A program made the translations under genes and the position numbers. From contig DAMH01000011.1 in the NCBI GenBank assembly GCA_002499585.1, positions 15,195 through 79,194 of the forward strand: DNA of 64,000 bases, given 5' to 3'. Of this stretch, positions 20,289-30,068 are shown piece by piece. Every line of letters begins with the position of its first letter. Within the stretch, counting starts at the first letter, position 1. This stretch comes from Euryarchaeota archaeon UBA552. GTDB lineage: Archaea; Thermoplasmatota; Poseidoniia; Poseidoniales; Thalassarchaeaceae. The notes beneath the pieces were generated by a model. That model was not told the DNA's origin and ran no database searches. It saw nothing but the letters and a program-made list of their open reading frames with translations.

Positions 20289-20908
20289 GAATGACGCCTC
20301 ATCATCAGCCCGACACCATGTTTTGCTGCGCCTTGCAGTAAATTGGAGAGGTGCCGAAAACCATCTTGCACCCCGCCATCGAATGACTCATTCGAGTTGA
20401 CGGTCCACCGCCCTCTGTTGATTTCTCTTCGGAGCTCTTTCACCTCTGAATGGGTTATCCAACCCATCAAATTCAATCCGAAAGCACCCTTGTCAAAATC
20501 GTCTTCGCCCAAGAAATCAGGCATGAATCCGAGTGCCAGCTTGGCAAGTAGCTCCTCAATCACCTTGGTAGGCGACCTTATGTTCTCTATGAGGTAAGCA
20601 ATAGCATTACCATCTTCGGTGGGCCATCTCCCCAGCTTTTCCTTGGATCCCTTTCCACCGTCCAAGGGCCGGCTTGAGTCATTGTAAAGGTCCCAATCCA
20701 ACGCTGCCAGAAACAAGAGCGTCGCCCTGTCAAAGATCGCAGGTTCGCCGTTCACCAACTCTTGGATGCCCTCCACTTTGGGTGAAATCATCTTAATTTC
20801 TTCATGATCTCCTGCCATGGACGACAGAATAGGGTCAACAAGCAATGCCGGATCAATCATCAATGGGTCAAAAGTGTAGAAATCCGATGGAGGTATGTAC
20901 CTGTTCAA
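20285..20908 (-). CDS. Hypothetical protein
   Basis: 207-aa ORF with TTG start 10 nt after the upstream surface-protein stop and GAGGATG upstream; 4-nt convergent overlap with purC. Confidence 0.65.
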   Translation of the reverse strand: MNRYIPPSDFYTFDPLMIDPALLVDPILSSMAGDHEEIKMISPKVEGIQELVNGEPAIFDRATLLFLAALDWDLYNDSSRPLDGGKGSKEKLGRWPTEDGNAIAYLIENIRSPTKVIEELLAKLALGFMPDFLGEDDFDKGAFGLNLMGWITHSEVKELRREINRGRWTVNSNESFDGGVQDGFRHLSNLLQGAAKHGVGLMMRRHS

Positions 20909-20918
20909 AATATCATCC

Positions 20919-23900
20919 TCATTTGCCCAGGCGTCGCAACCTCATCTCAAAATCGTCCACATCCTCATCAGACCGGGTTCTTGGGGGCATTGGAGCAGCG
21001 ACTGGATCCCGCTCCTCGATTGATTTTTCCGTTTTTTCGACCTCGGCGATTGCGGCAACTTTCGGTCTCTTCGTCACTTTGCTATCAGCAACTCTCCGTC
21101 TTTCCTCTCTTTCGCTGATAATTCTGCGGGCCATTTCCTCGAGGTCTTTTTGTTGGTTACGTGAGCGGGAATTGAGGATTAACACACCCCCGATTACAAT
21201 GACAAATACAGCAGCAATTGTACCGGTTCGTATATCCTCTGACCTGGTACTAGTCTGTGCCTCGCCCGCCAGGATTATCCGAGATAGGTCGTCACTTGAA
21301 TCGAAATCCTGATCCCAAGGGAACTTGCATGCAAGTAGTACGGAGATCTCCACACCGTCCTCCAGTGACTCCGGCCGTTGTATCAACGGCTCAGGTCCGA
21401 ATGTCCCTGCAACATCGACGATGTGTGTCCGGTCATCGATTCCTGGGGCCTTAAGGGTCACAGTGCAGGTCAGATCGTCATAGGATTGGAGGCCTTCTCG
21501 GGATATTAGCACCCTTATCCTTTGATTCTCTGTGGCCGGGTCGTAGGTCGCAGGCTCCAGCTCCAGTCCGACTACTCCCAAATTCCAGTAATCTGGATGC
21601 CGGATTTCCACCACTTGATTTCTGACGAACAATATCCTCCCAAATTCGTCATAGATTCTTATGCTGATTGTGTTGCTTCCGGGCGGCGGTGTCCAAGGGT
21701 CATAGGAGAGGTTGAGGTAACCTATCTGGCCACTCTGGATAGTGATGTTTCCTGCATCAACGACATCCCCGTCCTCGTCAACCAGCAACCCGCGTATGTT
21801 CAGTGTGTCTTCCCCTTCCCCAACAACACAGAGTGAGTCTATACTACCATAGGATCCGGCTAGTGAGCAAACAGTTGGACGAGTCGTCAAATCAATTATT
21901 TCGACTCTGTAACCCAGAATGTCGGTACCATCGACTGTGACATACCCAATGTTTTGCATGCCGCTTCTCTCAGGTAGTATCCAGAAGCCCAAGGGGTCCC
22001 ATTGAAGCGATTGTTCACTCTGGCTGTCGACTACGTTGTTGGTAGGTCCTGTACCGTGAATCTTCAGGACCGCAGAGCCGCCCATTGTTATCATTGAGAC
22101 CGGGGTGCTGGACCATGAATGATTTGAGGGTGTTACGGTCATCATCATTTCACTCTGATCGTTAGCCTCATTAACGGCGCCGATTCGAACTATGAAAGGC
22201 GATTTGTCCCAATCTGGCGGTGGAATGAGTGATAGCGGGATGCCTTGGCTCTCCCCGCTGCCGACGGCTATTGATGGAGGTCCTGTTTGGCTCCAACCTT
22301 CTGGGAGGCCAATGACGCTCAGGTTAATTGAGGTCGCCGCATTACCTGTGTTCTGTACCCATCCAAGGGGATATCCCCCCTCTTCAGTAATCATCCAGTT
22401 AGGGTCCCCATCTAAAGTGAAGGATCTGGTTGCTTCTACTCTAACTGGGATGGATATTTCAGTTAATCCGGAACCATCAGCATCCCTTATTCTCAATATG
22501 AGGTCGACTGTCAGGCTATGAATCGCATTCCCCGGGGGCGTGACACTCACTGATACTCTCCTTGTTTCTCCGGGTGCCATCTCAAAGTCAGTGTTTGGAG
22601 GTTCGACCTCCCATCCTTTTTGACCGACAATCTGTGTGGATATATAGGGCGAAGATGGCGCGTTTCCTAATTGAACTATGTCTATTTCTAAGTCAGATCC
22701 CTCTGCAGGTATCTCAAGGTCCGTCTCACTGAAAGTGGCGCCCCAGGCTGACTTTCTTGTGATCTCATACTCGACAATTGTAGAACCCATTTCAATACCA
22801 TTTCCAGCCACCAGCGTGAAGTTGATCAAAACCAGGGAACCGTTGACTAGCGAGTTGGGTATCGATAAGTTCGACGTGAATGATGCTTTGCCCCCTGTCG
22901 GCACTTCATCTACTGCCGCACTCCCTTCCAACCATCCCTCGACAATCGTCCCGTCCAAACTCGTTTCAATGGACAGATCTAAGGAGTCTTCGTAATTACC
23001 GTCGTTTCTTACCTGAACCTGGATCGCTGTTGAGCTTCCTGGGTCTATCAAGATCCTGCGGCCAAGTAAGTTCTCTCCGTCTGATTCCACAGACAATATC
23101 GCCCACTGCCTGTCTTGCAAAGCAGATACATTGTATATTACGAAATCTGTGGCTTGTTGATCTATCAAGGAGGACATCGTGATGGTGACTTCTATCGGTC
23201 TTTGAGCATCTGTTCCCTCTCCCAAAGTTATCGATAGCGGGACCGTCTGCAACTCACCGGGAGTCAAGAATGCGTTCTCTTGGGCCAGTGCCACCTCGAT
23301 ATTTGGCGATCCGATATCATCTACGAATTTTGCTTGCCAGGATACTGAATATGAATCCGGGCCATTACCTGAATTTCTCATTTTTAGGACTGAGAAAAAG
23401 GTATCCCCTATCTCAAGAGATTGACTCGCAGCGTCGTTTTCATTTGCCATCTCCAGACTGGCATTGTGTTGTTGAAGAATCTCGATTGAGAAAGACATTA
23501 GACTGTATGCTGGGCCTTCAGATTCACCCTCAAAGCTCAGGAATCCTGGTTGGATATACTGGAGGGAGACTGTCTGTTCTAGAACAATCACCGCGTCGAC
23601 GTGGCTACCCTGAGCTCCGGTTATCTCTAACCTATCTCCATCGATTGAAAGATTGTCATCTGTCGAGGTCCATAGCCAGCCAGGTAAAGACATCCCTAAG
23701 TCTGAAATTGACCAGTTCAAGGAGGTCGCGTCCTCTGGCATTTTCGCAGAGATGCGATACTCCGTCGGGCCGGGAACCATCCTCCTGTGAGGCGGTTCGA
23801 CAACAACATCTGCCGCTACGAATGTCAGCTCGATGTCGTCGCAGGTCTGATCCTGGCTTTGACCCACGCAGAGTTGCAAAATGGTTGAGACATTATCTCC

Positions 23901-26636
23901 TGTGAGCGCGTCATTCGGAATTTCCAAGCTCGCATATACTTCCATTGCTGAGTTTGGTGGAAGAGTCAGTCCTATGATTTCTTCACCACTCGTTGGATCA
24001 TAGATTCTGAGATCATCTCCCCACTCTGTGGAGCCCCATGATTGAACAACCTGATTTTCTGCTGCATTGCCAAGATTTTCTATCAACACCCATGCCATGG
24101 CGTCGCCTCCGGGGAATCCCAAGCCTTCCGAGACAGGAAGCCCCTCAGGGCCTAGTATAGATAACCCACGAGTCCTGTTGGCCTCTACAGGGATTATGCC
24201 GGAGACGCTGACAGTGGGATCTGCGTCTAACGTGAGTCTGAGTCCAAGATGCCCCTCGTCATCCCCTCCGGCCGAGGCTGGGGCAACGACTCGGAGGATC
24301 GGTATCCATGGCGTACCTGATTGTATCAGCACCCCCTGTGAGCCCCCAGGGGTCTTGTCACTCCAAGACCAACCTACGGGCAGGCTATCGTCATCCACAC
24401 TCAGAGACCAAACACCATCTTCCCTACCTGTCGAGATGACGACAGGTTTCGCATCTGAGCTTCCCCCAGGGTCAACCCTGACGGGCGTGGACGGAGCAGA
24501 TATCGTGGCATTGTAGGGGGGTACTATGGAGAGCGTTGCCTCATAGGCATCATTGTCATTTCGATTCTGGGAGATGTTTTCTCCCGGGTCCAACACAAGT
24601 TGGAAAGAATGAGTCCCCAGTCCGCCCGACCAAATAGCTTGGAACGAAACATCTGACCCGGTGCCCGACGGAGGTATTGGTTCAAGTGGCTCGGATCTGA
24701 ACCTCTTGATTTCCACACCGTCAGCCATGAGGCTGGCATCTACCCCCTCCTGAGTCTGGATGTTGCCACTATTTTCAAAGAATGCTGTAATTACAACATC
24801 CTGTCCCGGATCAGGTTCAGTCGGATCAAATATGATGCTCCTGCCATCAAGCAGCGGTCTGACATCTATGTGACCTTGGGATATGGCTGCCGACCCTACT
24901 AGAGCGTCATATGATGCATCTCCGTTTAGATCTGCAAATACGATCTCAGACCATGTCCTGTGAGGCACCTCGACGGGTTGAGTCCAGTTGGAGCCAACTC
25001 CAGACGGCGAACCAGAGTCGCCGTCGAATGCATGAATGCCCCGGCCATAGGCTACCAGAATGTCCGGCGACCCGTCACCGTCAATATTCATGGAAGCTGG
25101 TGGAGCGACTGCAATTTCATCGTTCAACACTCCATCTGGGTTAACGAGATCGAGAGTTTGTGACCATTCCAGTGTCGGTATGGTTTGATTCACATCATGA
25201 CAGCCAGCGAATCCGCTTCTTTCTTGAGTCAACCCTTCGCTGGTCATCGTCCAGGTAGCCCAGCAAACGTAATCGGATAAGCCGTCACCGTCCGAATCAA
25301 TTGGAAGAGGGGGGGCATCAGCGTAACCGTCAATTGCATTGATGGACCACAACTCGGTCTGTCCGTCCGAAATTTCAAGCGCTCTGTATTCTGCACCGTC
25401 TGCATTTCCTGTACCCCCCAAATCTGTTGGTATGGTGACTATAACCTCAAGCGCTGAATCAGCGTCTAGATTGGACAGTACTGGCCCTGGAAGGCGAAGG
25501 TGGGGTACATTGGAGTCCCCATCGGTGTTCCCCATGGATCTCGGAGCCCATGCTTCATTTCCGTTTGAACCGTCCAACTTCCATAGCCATACAGCGCCTG
25601 TGGACGAATCAGTTGTCGTAATTAGTACGAAGCCGGTACTCGGATCAGCCCTCACATATGCGGGGTCTGAAGGGTGGGTCCCAAGATCCAATGTCGCGGT
25701 CCAAATGGGGGCGGAAGGGGCAGATGCGGTCAGGTCCATCGCGACAACTTTGATTTGCTCGTCCGAATCATCCCAAAGCGCGAGGAGCGCCTCGTCCGTG
25801 CCGTCAAAATCTACGTCTGCCAACAAAACCTGTGTCGTCGGCCGATGTCCAGATATTGATACGGAAGGAGAAGGGCTGGGCCTGGATATTGACATGTCCG
25901 AATCAAACCAGCTCCATAACATCTCATCTGAATGATCACCCCCGTAGGACCAGCCCGTGAGTCCACATTCCAAGGATGGGGAGTACAGCCTGAGGTTGAA
26001 TGAACCCGAATCGTCATCATAGGCCGTGATGACTTCAATTGTTCCGTCATTGTCAATGTCGGTGAGCACGGGACTAGTTTTGACCAGCTCAGTTTCTCCC
26101 AGGTCAACCTCCCACGCAAGCTCTGCGTTATCGCTGTCTATGGCTCTTATGTGGGACCGCCCGTTATCGTCGGTTTGAACAACGAACGCAAACAGGGAGT
26201 CTGCCCCGCATCGCTCCTCGGCCCCAGCTTCAACGGTGATTTGGTTGTGCAGGCTAGCAACTGGGGTACTCAGAGCATCATTACCGAGGGAGTAGGATCC
26301 GAAAGTCCAATCTATCACTGGGTCATTGATGGAACGCAGCCTCTCTGCAGCCGACGGGTCACCATTTCTTGCACCACCGTCTGGGCCGTGGTCAATCAAT
26401 ACTGGAACTTTTGCTGAGTTCTGGCCAAACTGCCCCCAGACTGGCGACTGAGGATAATCATACCAAGGCGGTGTTTGCATTGTTTGATTTGAGTCACCCT
26501 CCAACAAGCGTGCATTGTCAACTGCGTCATTTAATTGCTCGATTTCTATGAGATGGAGACAGAAAGAGGCCTGAATCAGGATCACAAGTGACAAGGCCCT
26601 CACAAACGCCGGATCCGACCCTTCGTTCTTTCCCAC
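20919..26636 (-). CDS. Giant surface protein: FG-GAP/beta-propeller head, CARDB and NEW3-like Ig repeats, TM anchor, charged cytoplasmic tail
   Basis: DIDNDGTIEVI, DVDFDGTDE, NIDGDGSPDILV, DLNGD repeats; FENSGN...VLDP..I.QNRNDND (CARDB-like); repeated NxGN modules; TM IAAVFVIVIGGVLIL. GTG 26636 precedes the signal peptide; the track start overlaps rpo7. Confidence 0.85.
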   Translation of the reverse strand: MGKNEGSDPAFVRALSLVILIQASFCLHLIEIEQLNDAVDNARLLEGDSNQTMQTPPWYDYPQSPVWGQFGQNSAKVPVLIDHGPDGGARNGDPSAAERLRSINDPVIDWTFGSYSLGNDALSTPVASLHNQITVEAGAEERCGADSLFAFVVQTDDNGRSHIRAIDSDNAELAWEVDLGETELVKTSPVLTDIDNDGTIEVITAYDDDSGSFNLRLYSPSLECGLTGWSYGGDHSDEMLWSWFDSDMSISRPSPSPSVSISGHRPTTQVLLADVDFDGTDEALLALWDDSDEQIKVVAMDLTASAPSAPIWTATLDLGTHPSDPAYVRADPSTGFVLITTTDSSTGAVWLWKLDGSNGNEAWAPRSMGNTDGDSNVPHLRLPGPVLSNLDADSALEVIVTIPTDLGGTGNADGAEYRALEISDGQTELWSINAIDGYADAPPLPIDSDGDGLSDYVCWATWTMTSEGLTQERSGFAGCHDVNQTIPTLEWSQTLDLVNPDGVLNDEIAVAPPASMNIDGDGSPDILVAYGRGIHAFDGDSGSPSGVGSNWTQPVEVPHRTWSEIVFADLNGDASYDALVGSAAISQGHIDVRPLLDGRSIIFDPTEPDPGQDVVITAFFENSGNIQTQEGVDASLMADGVEIKRFRSEPLEPIPPSGTGSDVSFQAIWSGGLGTHSFQLVLDPGENISQNRNDNDAYEATLSIVPPYNATISAPSTPVRVDPGGSSDAKPVVISTGREDGVWSLSVDDDSLPVGWSWSDKTPGGSQGVLIQSGTPWIPILRVVAPASAGGDDEGHLGLRLTLDADPTVSVSGIIPVEANRTRGLSILGPEGLPVSEGLGFPGGDAMAWVLIENLGNAAENQVVQSWGSTEWGDDLRIYDPTSGEEIIGLTLPPNSAMEVYASLEIPNDALTGDNVSTILQLCVGQSQDQTCDDIELTFVAADVVVEPPHRRMVPGPTEYRISAKMPEDATSLNWSISDLGMSLPGWLWTSTDDNLSIDGDRLEITGAQGSHVDAVIVLEQTVSLQYIQPGFLSFEGESEGPAYSLMSFSIEILQQHNASLEMANENDAASQSLEIGDTFFSVLKMRNSGNGPDSYSVSWQAKFVDDIGSPNIEVALAQENAFLTPGELQTVPLSITLGEGTDAQRPIEVTITMSSLIDQQATDFVIYNVSALQDRQWAILSVESDGENLLGRRILIDPGSSTAIQVQVRNDGNYEDSLDLSIETSLDGTIVEGWLEGSAAVDEVPTGGKASFTSNLSIPNSLVNGSLVLINFTLVAGNGIEMGSTIVEYEITRKSAWGATFSETDLEIPAEGSDLEIDIVQLGNAPSSPYISTQIVGQKGWEVEPPNTDFEMAPGETRRVSVSVTPPGNAIHSLTVDLILRIRDADGSGLTEISIPVRVEATRSFTLDGDPNWMITEEGGYPLGWVQNTGNAATSINLSVIGLPEGWSQTGPPSIAVGSGESQGIPLSLIPPPDWDKSPFIVRIGAVNEANDQSEMMMTVTPSNHSWSSTPVSMITMGGSAVLKIHGTGPTNNVVDSQSEQSLQWDPLGFWILPERSGMQNIGYVTVDGTDILGYRVEIIDLTTRPTVCSLAGSYGSIDSLCVVGEGEDTLNIRGLLVDEDGDVVDAGNITIQSGQIGYLNLSYDPWTPPPGSNTISIRIYDEFGRILFVRNQVVEIRHPDYWNLGVVGLELEPATYDPATENQRIRVLISREGLQSYDDLTCTVTLKAPGIDDRTHIVDVAGTFGPEPLIQRPESLEDGVEISVLLACKFPWDQDFDSSDDLSRIILAGEAQTSTRSEDIRTGTIAAVFVIVIGGVLILNSRSRNQQKDLEEMARRIISEREERRRVADSKVTKRPKVAAIAEVEKTEKSIEERDPVAAPMPPRTRSDEDVDDFEMRLRRLGK

Positions 26637-26741
26637 GCCCCGTTTTGGATAGTGGCCATCTTCAAAGTTCGCCCAACTAGATCGGTTCAGGATGCGATTA
26701 AAGCCTATCTTCTCGTTTAACGAAGCCATATGCCCATCGCG

Positions 26742-26862
26742 CTTATAGGCAGTTGCCGTTCCGCCGGAACATCGGGATCTCCTCCAGAGGCACAGCCTGT
26801 GAAGGACGGGAACCTTCCGACGGCAAAAACCGTGGAGCGTCCCGACAAAAGGACGTAACAAC
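26742..26862 (+). promoter_or_regulatory. TATA-like box and GC-rich structured leader of the rpo7 operon
   Basis: CTTATA at 26742; several short inverted repeats between 26753 and 26855. Confidence 0.45.
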
Positions 26863-27411
26863 ATGTACACACTAATAACAAAGGAAGATACCATTCGTAT
26901 CCCTGCAGAGTATATCCGCCGGGGGAGGAAGCTCGAGGACCACATTGACGAATTGGCTCATCAAGCCTTCGAGGGAAGATTTGACGAGGATGAGAATTAC
27001 ATACTCTTGACCTTTGACCACGAGACTATTGGCCGAGGAAAGATAATACACGGCGATGGAGCGATCTATCAAAGGGTAAAATTCCGGGCTTTGTTGTTCT
27101 CCATGGACACAAATGAGATTGTGGACGGAGCCGTCTCGGAGATTTCAGAGTACGGCGCATTCGTCAGAATAGGCCCCATAGAGGCACTTTTGCACAAATC
27201 ACAGATTCTAGATGAACCAATCAATGTAAATCCAGCCGAGCGAAGGATAGAGGGCGCCAAATCCGGCAAGTTGATCGAAGTCGGCACCAATGTGAGATCC
27301 AGAATCGTTTCTAAAGCAATAAACCAGAACGACCCGAGATCCAGCAAGATCGGGCTTAATTGCAAAATGGCTGGCCTTGGCGCTCACCAATGGATCGACG
27401 GAGATGAGTAG
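26863..27411 (+). CDS. rpoE1: RNA polymerase subunit Rpo7 (E')
   Basis: DTIRIP, GKIIHGDGAIY, EYGAFVRIGPIEALLHKSQI, VRSRIV, KIGL...GLG. Confidence 0.95.
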   Translation: MYTLITKEDTIRIPAEYIRRGRKLEDHIDELAHQAFEGRFDEDENYILLTFDHETIGRGKIIHGDGAIYQRVKFRALLFSMDTNEIVDGAVSEISEYGAFVRIGPIEALLHKSQILDEPINVNPAERRIEGAKSGKLIEVGTNVRSRIVSKAINQNDPRSSKIGLNCKMAGLGAHQWIDGDE

Positions 27412-27413
27412 TC

Positions 27414-27632
27414 ATGCCAAAACAACCATTTGCGTGCGGGGAGTGCAACAGGATCCTACCAGATCCAGAAAAGAAGAATGAGGTCCCTCAGTGTACCTCA
27501 TGTCCAAACGCCCCGGTAACAACAGATTGGCAAGGGTACGTGATTATACTGGACCCTTCCAGGTCCGAGGTTGCTCGAAGGCTGAATGTCACTTCGTCAG
27601 GGGCATACGCCCTCAAGGTGAATATTAGGTAG
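27414..27632 (+). CDS. spt4: Transcription elongation factor Spt4 (RpoE'')
   Basis: ACGEC..CTSC Zn ribbon, TTDWQGYVIILDP.RSEVA, GAYALKV; canonical position after rpo7. Confidence 0.93.
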   Translation: MPKQPFACGECNRILPDPEKKNEVPQCTSCPNAPVTTDWQGYVIILDPSRSEVARRLNVTSSGAYALKVNIR

Positions 27633-27641
27633 GGTTTTACT

Positions 27642-27947
27642 ATGGAAATTATCGAAAGGAAAGATAACCCGCTTTTGAACCGGGTCGAGATCGAGTTTGT
27701 TTGGAATCATCAAGGATCTCCGACGCCAACTAGAAAAGAGATGGTAGAGGCAGCAGCGAAATCTGAGCCCAACGGAAAGAAAGAATTGACCTACATCAAA
27801 AATGTCAGGACTGTCTATGGCAAAGGAAGAACAGAAGGCCTCGCCCTTGTCTACGCCTCAGTGGATGCAGCGTCAATCGAACCGGACTACGTATCTGCAA
27901 GGCACAAAGACTTGTTCGGAAGCACTGACGGAGAATCAGCGGAGTAG
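27642..27947 (+). CDS. rps24e: 30S ribosomal protein S24e
   Basis: [23 protein letters not shown]...GLALVY. Confidence 0.93.
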   Translation: MEIIERKDNPLLNRVEIEFVWNHQGSPTPTRKEMVEAAAKSEPNGKKELTYIKNVRTVYGKGRTEGLALVYASVDAASIEPDYVSARHKDLFGSTDGESAE

Positions 27948-27952
27948 ATCTT

Positions 27953-28132
27953 ATGCCAGATGGAACCCCAAACCCAAATTCTAAACATAGTAAATACTCA
28001 ATAGAAGGTGACAAGCTAGTCAGAAAAGCACCTTTTTGCCCCAAGTGTGGGGATGGAATATTCCTAGCACAACACTCAGACAGGCTTTCCTGTGGGAAAT
28101 GCGGTTACACTGCCTCTGACTCTGAAGAGTAA
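27953..28132 (+). CDS. rps27ae: 30S ribosomal protein S27ae (not in ORF track, 59 aa)
   Basis: Translated by hand: [59 protein letters not shown]. Confidence 0.93.
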   Translation: MPDGTPNPNSKHSKYSIEGDKLVRKAPFCPKCGDGIFLAQHSDRLSCGKCGYTASDSEE

Positions 28133-29037
28133 GGGCCCCACGAGACGACCTTCCCGTCGTTGCATACGCACCAATTATCATTGATCATCCCGACTCCTAT
28201 TTCTCTCCTGGTGTGTAAAGTAAATTCCCCGCCCGCTGTCGAGAATTCTCCGTCGTGTCTCCAACCTGTCCATCTCACAATCCCCTCGTTAACAAGCACG
28301 TCCAAGACAGGGCCAGGAAGGCCAGTAAAATCATGCTTTGAATTAAAATCGTGGTCCACTATGACAGCATGGCTTCCCCTCGTCATAATCATAATCCCGT
28401 GATCTCCAAGGTCAGAGGCCCTGTAAACTGGATCTCTGACCTTGAGAGTGCCTTGACTGAGTATCTCACCATTTTCAGATGATAATCTAAGCCACTCCCC
28501 TCCCTCCGATAGGACATTGAAACCATGGTGACTGAAGCACATCGCGGCCACTCTGTCAGATATTCCTGAGCCCATTGCATTCTTCCAGGTTGGATATGGC
28601 GACCTCCACTTCTCATTCACCTTTATTTCGCCCTTGGTACCTGTAATCTCCATGCTGTATATCCCCAGACGGTGCAGGACGAAAATGAAATTGCTTCCCT
28701 CGGAGCATAAAGCCTCAAGCGTTCCCTCCAGAACTCTGTCCCACGAAAAAGGAAGAATGCTGCCGGTTGGGAGTTCAGGAATTTCTCCGGCTATGGAGGG
28801 CGTTTCAGGCTGTATTTCTATCAACCCGATCTTTGACCCTAATGAGGGCGCTTGGGGTTGAGATGAGACAATCAAAACATCCTCGGCCAGTGCGGAGAGA
28901 GAAATCGAATCGATACTGGTCAAAGACTGTTTTGCAATGTTATTCTCTCGGTCGAGGACTGCCACGTTACCGTCGCCGCCGATCACCAATGTGGAGGAAT
29001 TAGACCTGTGGACCCGGGATGGCGTGAACCCAAGCAT
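28105..29037 (-). CDS. Hypothetical protein, possibly beta-propeller-like
   Basis: 310-aa beta-rich ORF with ATG start; 28-nt convergent overlap with S27ae. Confidence 0.65.
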   Translation of the reverse strand: MLGFTPSRVHRSNSSTLVIGGDGNVAVLDRENNIAKQSLTSIDSISLSALAEDVLIVSSQPQAPSLGSKIGLIEIQPETPSIAGEIPELPTGSILPFSWDRVLEGTLEALCSEGSNFIFVLHRLGIYSMEITGTKGEIKVNEKWRSPYPTWKNAMGSGISDRVAAMCFSHHGFNVLSEGGEWLRLSSENGEILSQGTLKVRDPVYRASDLGDHGIMIMTRGSHAVIVDHDFNSKHDFTGLPGPVLDVLVNEGIVRWTGWRHDGEFSTAGGEFTLHTRREIGVGMINDNWCVCNDGKVVSWGPYSSESEAV

Positions 29038-29120
29038 GGCCGACGGTGAGGGTGGGTACAGTTGAACCTGCGCGCGAATGCGCTCACATGATATAGTGAG
29101 GGCGACTGTGGAGATATCCT

Positions 29121-30068
29121 ATGAGTACTCTGCTGGTCGTTTCGAGGTCCGACACAGCATCGATGTCACTAGGTCATGCTATTTGCAGTTCCTCAGACTT
29201 CGATCAGAAAGATAGCTCACTTGGAGATCTAATTGAATTTAGATCCATGGACGCCTTTATGATCACCATCGACAAAATACACCTGAATTCAGATTTCATT
29301 GGTTCGTTGCTTGAAGAGGAAATAAACCACAAATTCGATGACGTGATCGTACTCTCCAGGCACTATTCAGAATCTGGCCGACCTGCGATGACAGTCCATC
29401 CAATCGGAGTAGTGACTGGCGTGAAACTCGGTGAAATCGGGCTATCTGGAGGGTTATTTGGAACACTCGTACCTCCAAATCCAAAAATGAGTTGGTTCTT
29501 ATCTGAAATAAATCGCGTGGGACGAGTTGACCCAAGGCTAGAGAACTTCGACTTGACTATCGAAGCCACTCACCATGGGCCGGTGATGTCCCTGCCCACC
29601 ATGTATCTGGAAATTGGTTCAACTGAGTTACAGTGGTCTGACCCCTATCTTGCAAACATATGGTCGGACTTAATCACCAAGAGCTTATCCTCCTGTTTTA
29701 TTGATGAAAAGCGAAGATGGATCCTCGGAATCGGCGGAGGCCACTACGCCCCACGCCACAGAGACATTGTGATTAGATCAGGTGAAATCATCGGCCACAT
29801 CCTGCCCGGGTATAGTTTACCAAAAATCGATGATGACCTTCAGAAAGAGAAATTTGAGATCGTTCTTGAATCGGCCATTCAATCCATGATCGCCTCCAGG
29901 CCAGAGGCGGACATCATCGCGCACTTCGACAGGAAGTCGATGAAGTCGTGGCAAAGAAAATGGCTAACAGAGAGACTGGCTCATTACGGTATCCCTGTGC
30001 TTCGGGGGAAACAAATACTACAAAACCCAGAAATCGATAAAGGCCTCTTTCCTCACAGCCGGTCATGA
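29121..30068 (+). CDS. dtdA: Archaeal D-aminoacyl-tRNA deacylase (DTD2/GEK1 family)
   Basis: SRH.SESG.PAMTVHP.G, EATHHGP, YLEIGS, IGGGHYAP, GHI, DRKS. Confidence 0.92.
   Translation: MSTLLVVSRSDTASMSLGHAICSSSDFDQKDSSLGDLIEFRSMDAFMITIDKIHLNSDFIGSLLEEEINHKFDDVIVLSRHYSESGRPAMTVHPIGVVTGVKLGEIGLSGGLFGTLVPPNPKMSWFLSEINRVGRVDPRLENFDLTIEATHHGPVMSLPTMYLEIGSTELQWSDPYLANIWSDLITKSLSSCFIDEKRRWILGIGGGHYAPRHRDIVIRSGEIIGHILPGYSLPKIDDDLQKEKFEIVLESAIQSMIASRPEADIIAHFDRKSMKSWQRKWLTERLAHYGIPVLRGKQILQNPEIDKGLFPHSRS

Noticed and set aside
26637-26945. N-terminal extension of the 2008-aa ORF
   Set aside because: Overlaps rpo7 and its leader and does not look like protein; the signal peptide begins after GTG 26636. 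ATG 26729 is not fully excluded.
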